From Octopus sinensis (taxonomy: Eukaryota), in NCBI RefSeq assembly GCF_006345805.1, contig NC_043007.1, positions 15,252,001-15,316,000 of the forward strand: a stretch of DNA of 64,000 nt, given 5' to 3'. Within the stretch, counting starts at the first letter, position 1, and every line of letters starts with the position of its first letter. Below, in pieces: positions 1 through 10,508 of the stretch. The translations under genes were made by a program, and so were the position numbers. The notes beneath the pieces were generated by a model. The model had not been told where the DNA came from, searched no databases, and worked only from the letters and a program-made list of their open reading frames with translations.

Positions 1-215
1 TTATGAACGAAACACCTAAGCTCCACGCGGCTCCGGCAGAAGGTAATGGCGAACTTGTGCTCATTCTTTCGCCACAACTTCCTCTCACTATTTCCTCCTG
101 CATCTTGTAGCTCACCTGCGACGGACCGGCGTCTCGTCCAGGTGGGGAATCTATACGCCAAGGAAACCGGGGAACAGGCCCTTATGAGCCAGGTGTGGCA
201 GGAGAAGGAAGATAA
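1..215 (+). mobile_element. tRNA-derived SINE (head C + V-domain-like tail), 5' end outside window
   Basis: Body aacacctaagctccacg.ggctccggcag and tail cctgcgacggaccggcgtctcgtccagg...gaaaccggg match copies at 8319 and 44559. Confidence 0.8.
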
Positions 216-574
216 TCGAGTGTTATTTACCTCATAAGAAATTTAGAAATTTCAAGAGATATTAAACAAATCGTTTTTAATGGCGGAACTCAAAGCAGAG
301 AAAGAGCGACAAATGAAGAATATTCGGTTGTAGATACTACATACAACAGTTTTAAATGATTTCAGGATTCTTCGTTACACCTTTCTAATGCGTGGACTGC
401 GGAGTATATTCCAAGAGATGTGATGAAATAAAACCAAAAATGTATTGAAATCAATTTTGAGTACATGTTAACATTCTGACATGTATCTGTTTGTACAGTG
501 AAGTAAGTATTTATATGCAGATTTGTTAGGATGGCGATGTCTGGTCTCTAATTCATCCCATATTCTTTTGTCTC

Positions 575-925
575 TTTATTTGCTTAAGACATGTGACTGC
601 GGCCGGGCTGGAATACATTTCGAAGAGTTTTAGTCGATGAAACATACCACAGGACTTATAATTTTATGCCTAGTACTTATTCTATCGTTCGCTTTTGCCG
701 AAGTGCTAGGTTACGGGGGACATACACACATAAGAACACTGGTCGTCAAGCGGTGATGGTGCGGTTGTGTAAGGATAAACACAGACACAAATACACACTC
801 AAAGATATATATATATATGTATACGATGGGCTTCTTTAAGTTTCCGTCTAACAAACACACTCAAGGCGTTGGTCAGCCTGAAGCTGTAGTAGAAGACACT
901 TGCCGAATGCACGCAGCCACACCTG
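575..925 (-). mobile_element. SINE family A (tRNA head + CORE-like segment + internal microsatellite + 3' tail), degraded
   Basis: Reverse-complement match to copies at 8872, 10070 and 63487 (tagtacttattctatcg, gtagaagacacttgcc). Confidence 0.75.
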
Positions 926-1596
926 CGCCTATATATGCAAAATATGATTTCATTACTTTAAACACAGAAATTTATCAATTACATCAGCTAAACAAGCAAA
1001 TTGTGAAGCTATTGTTAAATAAACTGTACCGAAATGACTTATTGTATATACAATTTTACACAAATGACTTCAGTGCACTCTGTCTGACAGTCAAATGAAA
1101 ATGGTGCGCGTCGAATTGTGGTACAACAAATTTTCTGTAGATATAATTGTAACCATAAAGTTTTATGGTGCAAAATTATGGTTGAATGACTTTATGATAC
1201 ACAGTCTCATGAACAGCTGGGTATGAAGTATGAGTAAATGTATATAAAGTCACACGGCCATTTTTCATTCTGAACATAAGAAACTATTGAGAACTTTACG
1301 TACATTATGCATAAATGCATACGTACGTGCGTAGTACCTACCTACCAATCTACATAATACATACATACATACATACATACATACATACATACAAACATAC
1401 ATCCATACATACAAACATACATACATACATACATACTACATTACATACATACATACCATACATAAATACTACATACATACATACATACATACATACATAC
1501 ATAAATACATACTACATCAATACATCATACATACATACATACATACATATGTAGATGCATGTGTGTGTTGTGTGGTGTGTGTGTGTGTGTGCGTGT

Positions 1597-1809
1597 GTGT
1601 CGTTGGCGACTTTTTCCTCCGTCTTCCCTTTCTCTTGGATTTTCCTCTTCTCCTGTTTCTGAAGAAGAGCTTTGCTCGAAACATAAAACTACCTTTCTTT
1701 TCTTCCCTTAGCGTCTGTTAATTCTTTGCATGTACTACGTCCTCGAGTTGGTGTTTTTCCTTGTGTTTTGTTTTTCCTCTGATTTTTCTTTGTGGTGGGG
1801 ATGAATGAA

Positions 1810-1810
<1 letters not shown>
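1597..1810 (+). mobile_element. Short Penelope-pLTR-like element carrying a minimal hammerhead motif (subfamily H1)
   Basis: GUUU-CUGAAGA-A-GAGC uuu GCUC-GAA-ACAU-A-AAAC at 1655-1689; homologous over about 200 bp to 19141-19340; embedded in (TG)n/(TA)n. Confidence 0.75.
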
Positions 1811-1840
<30 letters not shown>

Positions 1841-1919
1841 ATATACATATACACTTACACGTAGATGTTGATGTATGTACGCATATATATGTATATTGGA
1901 GCTTTTTTTAATAAAGCAT

Positions 1920-1968
<49 letters not shown>

Positions 1969-2019
1969 ATATATATAATATATATATGTGTTGTGTGTTG
2001 TGTGTGTGTGTGTGTGTGT

Positions 2020-2205
2020 ATCGCTAGCCCCTACACGTTCTACATTTTCTCTCCTTGTTTCTTTCCGTGTTCCTTTCTGTGGAAGAGCGTTGGCTCGAAA
2101 CGTTAAAGACTTTTACACTTCCGGGAGCGTTATACTAATACATCTGTTCGTTGTCTACACCACCTGTCTTCGTCTTTTGTTTTTTTTTTGTGAATTCTCC
2201 CTATA
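2020..2205 (+). mobile_element. Short pLTR-like element with hammerhead-like motif (subfamily H2), core mutated
   Basis: CUUU-CUGUGGA-A-GAGC guug GCUC-GAA-ACGU-U-AAAG at 2073-2108; downstream sequence homologous to minus-strand copies near 28610 and 36990. Confidence 0.65.
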
Positions 2206-2506
2206 TATATATAATATATACAAATTTAGAGAATGGACTAGATAAATCCAGACTACATAAGTTTTCTAACTGGTAGATCATCGGAACTAGTAATTACCGA
2301 AGTAGTAATTCGCATATAGAGCAACCCCAATTGCTAACCGGGAAGCATCAAATAACTTTTTCAGCTTCTTTATCATCGATCTGGGAAAAGTTTACAACCT
2401 TCTGCGTGAATAAACCATTATTGTTCGAAAAAGTTGTGTTTATACGTTCTACGGACTGCTAGAAGCTTACTAATTTCCTACAACTTGATCCTAGGCACTT
2501 AACTGT

Positions 2507-2563
<57 letters not shown>

Positions 2564-2783
2564 CTCACACACATACACACACATACTCACACACACATAC
2601 ACACATACACATATATATATATATGAGTTCAGAAAAAAGAATATCGTACCAGAATTTAGTATGGTATTATCCATACAATTTCAAAATAAGGTGATTAAAA
2701 TCAAAATAAGCAACAAGGATATCAAGATCGTACTGCATTACCTCTGGATATCCTTGTTGCTTATTTTGATAATATACATACAT

Positions 2784-2824
<41 letters not shown>

Positions 2825-2825
2825 C

Positions 2826-3124
2826 ATAAATTTATATTCAGGGCAAGCGAGTAAGTACACAGGCTTAGCCACGTGCTAAATGAAGACTCCAAACGGTTCT
2901 AAACTACCTTAACTTTGTTATATTACACTGGTGATGGAAAATGGGAATTTCCCCGTAATCCTGAAATCAATTGATATATGATTGAAACTTTGCATGAATC
3001 TTTTTCCTTTATTCTCCCGATTTCGGAGCGTGTTTATTGTGATCGGTTTAGAGCCATTTGACGTCTTTCTTTAGCATGTGGCTAAGCCTGTGTACTTACC
3101 CGCTTGTCCTGAATATAAATTTAT
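2826..3124. mobile_element. MITE-like foldback element with about 79-bp terminal inverted repeats
   Basis: 2826-2904 (ataaatttatattcagggcaagcgagtaagtacacaggcttagccac...) is the reverse complement of 3046-3124. Confidence 0.75.
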
Positions 3125-3144
3125 TAATTTTAATTTAACTGGTT

Positions 3145-3998
3145 ATTATATGCTAACTACCTGTCAAAATCATATATGTGGGTGTGCTTGTGGAGTTGTT
3201 AGCTAACTCCTTCTACATCGTTTTATCGATTTTGATGAAACTTCACACCTGAGTAGAACATTAGTCTGGAAACCTCATGGCATACTCAGATTGTCGAAAC
3301 AAATAGATAAAAGGGCCCCTTATATATCTCTAATCTATTTCATTTTAAAAGCCAAGGGAAATAACCCATACATTTTCCTAAATCATTTGGTATAAATCAA
3401 ATTGAGTATATTTATTTCTTAGTATTTGAACTGTTAGAGTTATTTTCGCAATATATCCAGTACATCCCTTAAACAAGTAAATAGTATTTTCCTAATCAGT
3501 AGATCCACTTATTTCGGTTAGTGACTTATTCACGAATATTCCAAAACTAGCGCTTCTGAAGGTAACATTCTTTGGGAACGCACAAAAGCCCTTTCCAGAG
3601 TTATCTACTTTGAATTGTTATTATCTCATATCTGATTATCCTGTTATTACGTAACATGCTTCACGATTTTAGCATACATACCTTATTAGTATTTTCTCTT
3701 AAGTTCTATATACTCTGCAAATGCATTAAAGACCTTTTCGGGGCTTTAATTCTTATTATCGGGTAACTAATTTCATGTTATTACAAAATTGACTTCATAA
3801 TTTGGGTATTCATAACATAATGGGAATTCCTAAAACAAGATCCTGTGTAAGACAGTTTGGCATTCTCTGTACATACACAAAAACCGTTTTAAGGGCTACA
3901 TACTTTGTATTGCTGTTATTGGATTAGCGAAACAATTATGAGAACGGATCCAAGGGATAAGCCCCGCTTTCCCGTGAATTACCGGGCACATCAGCTAG
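3145..3998 (+). mobile_element. Non-autonomous Helitron-like element
   Basis: Ends in GC-rich cccgtgaattaccgggc hairpin followed by CTAG|T; 5' part has atcgattttgatgaaacttcacac, typical of small rolling-circle elements; 5' boundary uncertain. Confidence 0.55.
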
Positions 3999-4004
3999 TA
4001 TATA

Positions 4005-4190
4005 TATATATACCGGAGTAAACACATAAATGTGAAACAAGGTGGAAAAAAGAGTACTCAAATACCAGTGGTAGAGTAATATGATTTATTTAAAGCAGCA
4101 GAAAATTCAACAAGACCTGTTACCTGAGCAACGGGAAACTCAGAGTAACAGGTTTTGTTGAATTTTCTGCTGCTTTAAATAAAGTAATAT
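4005..4190 (-). mobile_element. pLTR-like fragment with an inverted truncated copy (99-bp hairpin at 4085-4183)
   Basis: tttatttaaagcagcagaaaattcaacaagacctgttac-ctgag ... ctcag-agtaacaggttttgttgaattttctgctgctttaaataaa; flanked by (TA)n. Confidence 0.55.
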
Positions 4191-4299
4191 ATATATTATA
4201 TATAATATATATATATGTACACACACCATGTATATATATTATATATGTATATATATATATTGTATATATATGTAAAATTATATATATATAAATATATAT

Positions 4300-6460
4300 A
4301 GAAATCTACTAACACAAACAGAAACGGCTCCCAAAAAGAAAAAACACTCATCAGGCGCATCAAAAGACTCAACAAAAAATCAACCAATTAAAATATTCCC
4401 ACACGCAACATCCACATTCAACAACAATGAAAGACTAGAGCTGGAAAACTTCATCTGCAGACTAACATGAAAACCTCCATTGAAAATCAAAGAGCTGTGG
4501 AGGAACAATGGGTAATCAAAAACATCAAACAGAACCCAAAAGTGTTCTATTCTTATGCAAACAAGCATAGAACCACTGTCTCACCTATTGGGCCATTGAT
4601 TGATGAAAACGGCATCCCCAACACGATGCTAAAGAAATGGCAGAAATACTGCAGAAAAACAATATGCTCTGTCTTTCAGTGTTCCCACTGATATTGATGT
4701 GAGGGAAACGAACGAAGCTGACTCCCAACACAAATCGCAGACATAACCTTCACTGCCACCGACATCGTAGCAGCAATAAATGAGGTCAAACATTACTCCG
4801 CTGTAGGCCCTGATAGATTTCCCGCCAGTCTCCTGAAGGAATGTAGATATCAACTTGCAGTCCCTCTGACCAACCTCTGGAGAAACTCGTTAGACGCAGG
4901 TTATATACCGAATAAGTTTCTATCCCAGTCGGTCATCCCGGTTTTCAAACAGGGAAACAGATCCCTCGCAGTCAACTATCGCCCAATCTCACTCACCTCC
5001 CACATCATTAAAGTGTTTGAAAGAGTGTTAAGATCAAGGATAGCTGACTTCCTGGAGACCCACAAACTCCTAAATTCAAATCAACATGGCTTTCGCTGTG
5101 GCAGGGACTGTCTAACACAGCTCTTACACCACATTGAAGATGTACTCAAAGCCTTGGGAACAGGTTCGAACTCTGACGTCATATACCTTGACTTCAGTAA
5201 AGCGTTCGACAGGGTAGACCATAACATCCTACTCTCAAAATTGGCAAATGTTGGAATCCGTGGAAAAGTTCTACACTGGATTCAGTATTTCCTAGCGAAT
5301 AGAACACAACATGTTGTAGCTGATGGAGTCCACTCAAACCCAGCAAAAGTCACCAGCGGTGTTCCCCAGGGAACTGTTTTAGGTCCGCTACTCTTCATAA
5401 TTTATGTAAACGACCTTTCCAGTGTTGTACATCACTGCAAAGTGAAAATATTCGCTGATGACACTAAGCTCCAGCAAATCGTCAATGAAGAAGCAGACCG
5501 AACTCAACTCCAGTCTGACCTATATGCTGTGAGTCAATGGGCAGACAGAAACAAAATGCAACTGAATGAGGGAAAATTTGAGCTGATGCATTTTGGAAGA
5601 AATTCCTCACTAAAACAACCATACTCTCTTCCTTCAGGGGAACCGCTCACAGCCTCTAACAATATCAGAGACCTGGGTGTAATTGTTGATGACGATCTCA
5701 GTGGAGTGCACACATCAACAAGAAGGTCGATACAGCTCGTAGGATGAGTTCCTGGATCTTAAGAACTTTCCGGTCCAGAGAACAGGTGTCATCATACCAC
5801 TTTTTTCATCCTTTGTACGGCCACACCTTGAATACTGCTGCCCACTGTGGTCTCCTCACACAAGACAAAACATCTCCAGAATTGAGTCACCCCAGAGGGC
5901 TCTCACTAAACAAATTGAAGGCATGGCTGCTCTCGACTATTGGGATCGCCTTAAAGCCTTGAAACTTTACTCCTCCAGCGTCGCCGTGAGCGGTACATCA
6001 TTTGTACGATGTGGAAAATATACCGCCAACTTTGCCCAAACGACCTAAACATTAGCTTCAAGGTTCATCCGAGACTTGGACCACGGGCTATACGTCCCCT
6101 GCCAAATTCAAGATCACAACATACATGTACACTGCAACATAATTTCTTTTCCTCAACAGGCCCTGCCCTATTTAACATTGTCCCGAGGGAGATCAAAGAG
6201 GAAAAGGATCCCATCAACTTCAAACAGAGTCTGGATAGATTCCTTCAAAGAATACCAGACAACCACCCATAATTGGATACAACTCACCCAACAAGAACTC
6301 ACTACTTGAACAAAACTGGGTACAACTCACCCAACAAGAACTCACTCTTGAACAAAACTTGACTTAAACAGGATTCGAATAATCCTATCAGGTGGTGCTA
6401 TTAAGTTAGACATGGCCTGGACCAATCTCTGGTCGAAACATATCTAAGTTTATCTAAGTT
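4300..6460 (+). mobile_element. 5'-truncated, frameshifted CR1-type LINE (RT domain and 3' UTR)
   Basis: ORF pieces NPKVFYSYAN, YRPISLTS (upstream of 5013), QHGFR, YLDFSKAFDRV, GVPQGTVLGPLLF, IFADDTKL, RDLG, HLEYCCP-like; 3' tail (TATCTAAGTT)x2; sits between (TA)n tracts. Confidence 0.92.
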
Positions 6461-7000
6461 TTATATATAATATATATTATATATATATATATTATATATA
6501 TATATATATAATTATATATATGTACACACACATATGTATAATATATATTATATAATATATATATATGTATATATATGTAAATATATAATATATAAATATA
6601 TATATAATATATATATATATATGTCTATATGTGTGTGTGTGTGTGTTCATGTATACATACATATGCACGCACTCCTACGCACTTTTCAGAGCAGTTCCCG
6701 CGTTAAACGTCTTTATTATTCTTAGTTTTGTCCGCAACTTCCCCTTGTGTTCTTGTTGTCCGTAATACACTATTCAAATTGTTTCCACATAAACAGTACC
6801 AGCTTCAAATGAGTTGACAGCGTAGTTTAGAGTACAATTAAAAGATTAAAATGTGAGGTAATTAAGCTTGTACTCAGACATTTCGGTGCAAGATTCTTTT
6901 AAGTAATGAATTATTTTGGTGCGCAATTCAATAATACTTGAACAAGACTTTTTTTTATGAGAATACAAGAAATATAACGATTAGTTTCTTGTTGTTGTTG

Positions 7001-7068
<68 letters not shown>

Positions 7069-7156
7069 TTCTCTTTATCACTGGATTTGTTGGAACACCT
7101 GGAGTCTTGCATGCGTGGCGGGCTTACTATTTCGTAGCAGTTTGGGTATTATTAAA

Positions 7157-7232
<76 letters not shown>

Positions 7233-7364
7233 ATCTTTATATATAAATTAATCTATTTCCAAGGAGGACACAATGCATTGTTAAGAAATTCATATTAATA
7301 CTGTTAAAAGCAAAATGTTTAGGAGCTCACCACTCGAGCTATGTCCTAAAGGGTTTATTATTTC

Positions 7365-7585
7365 TTTATTGCGCCCAAGGGGGTAAACATAGAGGGGATA
7401 AAAAGGGCAGACAAAGGGATTAAGTCGATTACATCGACCCAAGTGCGTAACTGGTACTTAATTTATCGACCCCGAAAGGATGAAAGGCAAAGTCGACCTC
7501 GGTGGAATTTGAACTCAGAACGTAACGACAGACGAAATACCGCTAAGCATTTCGCCCGGCGTGCTAACGTTTCTGCCAACTCGCT
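7365..7585 (-). mobile_element. SINE family B
   Basis: Reverse complement of gagctggcagaaacgttagcacgccgggcgaaatgcttagcggtatttcgtc...gagttcaaattcc...cctttcatcctttcggggtcgataaa. Confidence 0.85.
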
Positions 7586-8318
7586 GTCCTAAAGGGTTTA
7601 TATCGAAATGTGTAGGATACCTCAACGGTGTAACAGACAAATAGAAAATCAAGATGTTCAGTGTGATACAAGAGAAGTCTCAGGTGGTGAGGGAAACACG
7701 GGTTAACTGAGACAAGTTGGTGGGTTTGTAACCCAGCTCTTTAAAAGGTAAGTTAGGTGCATGTAAATAGGAACTGCTTCTGAACCGACGGTCCTATTAA
7801 AGTACTTGAAATTTGATTCGGACCTGATCTCAAGATAATTCCTCTGCTGTTTTCTGTTTCGTTATTTGTATAGTTACTTTGACTTCACAGTTTCTCTCAT
7901 AGAAAATGAAAGACTGGTGAATGATTTAAAATAAAATCGTTTATGAAAAGAGGCATTACAGGTTTGTGAAGAGTTAGGTTTCGATGTTTCGATTATACGG
8001 GGTATGCAGAGATTGCAAGCTCGTGAAGCTTATGGGCCATTTTGAGATAAACAGTAATCAGTGTCTGGAGAAATTACGCGATTAATTAGGGTTGTAGGGA
8101 GAAATGAAGTGATCCAACGTATACTCCAGCTTATAAGAAACCAACAGAAAAAATATCGGCGAATCATGAATATATATCGAATGCGGTGGGTTATGAACAG
8201 AAGCTACTTACAACACCCAATCAGACAGGAGTGCGCATTTTGCATCCTCACAATCTGCTGCTGGACGATTTTCGTCTGCTACCGATATATATTGTGATTT
8301 TTAAATGCAGTACGTCCT

Positions 8319-8622
8319 GTGGAGGCCCAATGGCCCAGTGGTTAGGGCAGCGGACTCGCGTTCGGTGGATCGCGGTTTCGATTCCCAGACTGGACATTGT
8401 GTGTGTTTATTGAGCGAAAACACCTAAAAGCTCCACGAGGCTCCGGCAGGGTGTGGTGGCGACCCCTGTTGTATTCTTTCGCTGTAACTTTCTCTCACTT
8501 CCTCTTCCTGTTTCTTGAGTAACGCTGCGATGGACTGGCGTCTCGTCCAGCTGGGGGGAACGCATACGCCACAGAAACCGGGAAACCGCGCACATGAGCC
8601 TGGCTAGGCTTGAAAAGTGCGA
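8319..8622 (+). mobile_element. SINE head C + V-domain-like tail
   Basis: A box TGGCCCAGTGG, B box GGTTTCGATTCCC, tail ctgcgatggactggcgtctcgtccag. Confidence 0.85.
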
Positions 8623-8871
8623 AAGAAGAAAGAAGACCTCCGTAAGAGATATCTGTGGACAAATAGCGCATTAAATTTACTTTTTCATTTATCATATACG
8701 TTAAGTATGAAACACGGATAGCTATTTTAATCATGTTATACTCTCTCAGGGTTTAATTGAAAAAATCAAAGATCAATACTTATTCGTTTTAAGTTTGTTT
8801 CTTATTGTATCGATTTTCTTCCAAAGCCGTTAAGTTACGCAGTCGTAAACAAACTAACACCAGTTGTCAAG

Positions 8872-9052
8872 TGGTGTGTGGACGTGGCTGTGTGGTAAGT
8901 AGCTTGCTTTCCAACCACATGGTTCCGGGTTATTCCCACTGCGTGGCACCTTGAGCAAGTGTCTTCTACTACAGCCCTGGGCCGACCAAAACCTTGTGAG
9001 TGGATTTGGTAGACGGAAACTGAAAGAAGCCCGTCGAATATATGTATATATG

Positions 9053-9094
<42 letters not shown>

Positions 9095-9325
9095 AGTGTG
9101 TGTGTGTGTGTGTGAGTGTGTGTGTGTGTTTGTGTGTTTGTCCTCGCAACACTGCTTGACAACCGATGCTGGTGTGTTTACGTCCCCGTAACATAGCGGT
9201 TTTGCAAAAGAAACCGATAGAATAAGTACTAGGCTTCCAAAGAATAAGTCCTGGGGTCGACTTGCTCAATTAAAGGCAGTGCTCCAGCATGGCCGCCGCC
9301 AAATTACAAAAGCAGGTAAAACATA
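8872..9325 (+). mobile_element. SINE family A, near full length
   Basis: A box TGGCTGTGTGG, B-box region ggttccgggtt, CORE-like ggcaccttgagcaagtgtcttc, internal (TA)n(TG)n, 3' tail ...ggcagtgctccagcatggcc. Confidence 0.88.
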
Positions 9326-9369
9326 AAAGGTAAATGGTAAAAGAAAATATATGTACGCACGCACACTCC

Positions 9370-9535
9370 ACATATTCTACGGGCTTCCATACTGTTTCCG
9401 CCTACTACATACTCTCCCATAGCATTGGTTTGTCCGGAGCTATAGACAGAGACACTTGCTCAAGGTTCCGTGCAATCGGACCGAACTTGAAACCACTTGG
9501 TTTCCAATCGAACTTCACCACACAGCAATGTCTGC
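9370..9535 (-). mobile_element. SINE family A 5' half, diverged
   Basis: acgggcttcc...gtttccgcctac...gacacttgctcaaggttccg reverse-complements the family A head. Confidence 0.65.
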
Positions 9536-10069
9536 GTCTTTTGCACTTTTCTCTTCACCTCACAGATCATCATCTTTGCTTACTCCAAAACAACATCCAT
9601 GCTTTTTGGCTTTCCTCCAGGAGAGGGAGTTTTGTGCCAACGTTGAGAAGTACTTTTCCATCTCTGTTTTTTTCTTTCATGTCGCCAGTGTTCCTTATTT
9701 GTCAATTATCTAAGTTTCTCAGTATTTGTTATGAACCGGACAATACGGTGTATTTCTTCTTACATATATTCATGTAATTATTTTGTGTATTTAATTAAAA
9801 ATATTAACATATCTCACCCCCCCAAATCTAACGTACCCATCCTCGCGTTTTTCCATGTAGCACTGTCTCGTAATACTTTTATGTCTGTATACGTATGTGT
9901 GTGTGAGTATATGTATATGTGTATATATGGATGGATGTACGCATGCATATATGTATGTGTGTATGAATGGATGGATGTACGCATGTATGTATGTATGTAT
10001 GTATGTATGTATGTATGTATGTATGTATGTATGTATGTATGTATGTATGCATGTATATATATATATAAT

Positions 10070-10438
10070 AGGCGCAGGAGTGACTGTGTGGTAAGGAACT
10101 TGCTTCACAACCACATGGTTCCAGATTCAGTGTCTTCTACTATAGCCTCGGGCCGACCAAAGTCTTGTGAGTAAATTTGGTAGACGGAAACTGAAAGAAG
10201 CCCGTCGTATATATTTGTATATGTATGTATTTGTGTGTCTGTGTTTGTCCCGCCACCATCGCTTGACAACCGATGTTGGTGTGTTGACGTCCCCATAACT
10301 TAGCGGTTCGGCAAAAAGAGCGATAGAATAAGTACTAGGTTTTCAAAGAATATGACCCGGGGTCGATTTGTTCGACTAAAGGCGGTGCTCCAGCATGGCC
10401 GCTATCAAAATGACTGAAACAAGTAAAGAATAAAAGAA
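10070..10438 (+). mobile_element. SINE family A with a small internal deletion in the head
   Basis: ggcgcaggagtgactgtgtggtaag ... gaaagaagcccgtcgtatata ... aaaggcggtgctccagcatggccg...aagtaaagaataaaagaa. Confidence 0.88.
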
Positions 10439-10468
10439 CACACACACACACACATATATATATTATAT

Positions 10469-10508
<40 letters not shown>

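Noticed and set aside
495-512. gtacag-TGAA-gtaagt 4-nt microexon
   Set aside because: Not frame-preserving and unsupported by any other exon evidence.
5013-5747. 244-aa reverse transcriptase ORF as a functional gene
   Set aside because: It is part of a 5'-truncated CR1 with frameshifts on both sides and no endonuclease.
6420-6440. GACC-loop-GGTC-GAAAC at the CR1 3' end looks like hammerhead stem II plus GAAA
   Set aside because: There is no CUGANGA upstream in either copy; better explained as the LINE 3' recognition stem-loop.
8319-8395. tRNA-like sequences with A and B boxes (also at 16830, 22060, 44559, 46350, 59806)
   Set aside because: Each continues into a shared SINE body, lacks a proper acceptor stem and terminator, and several have TSDs.
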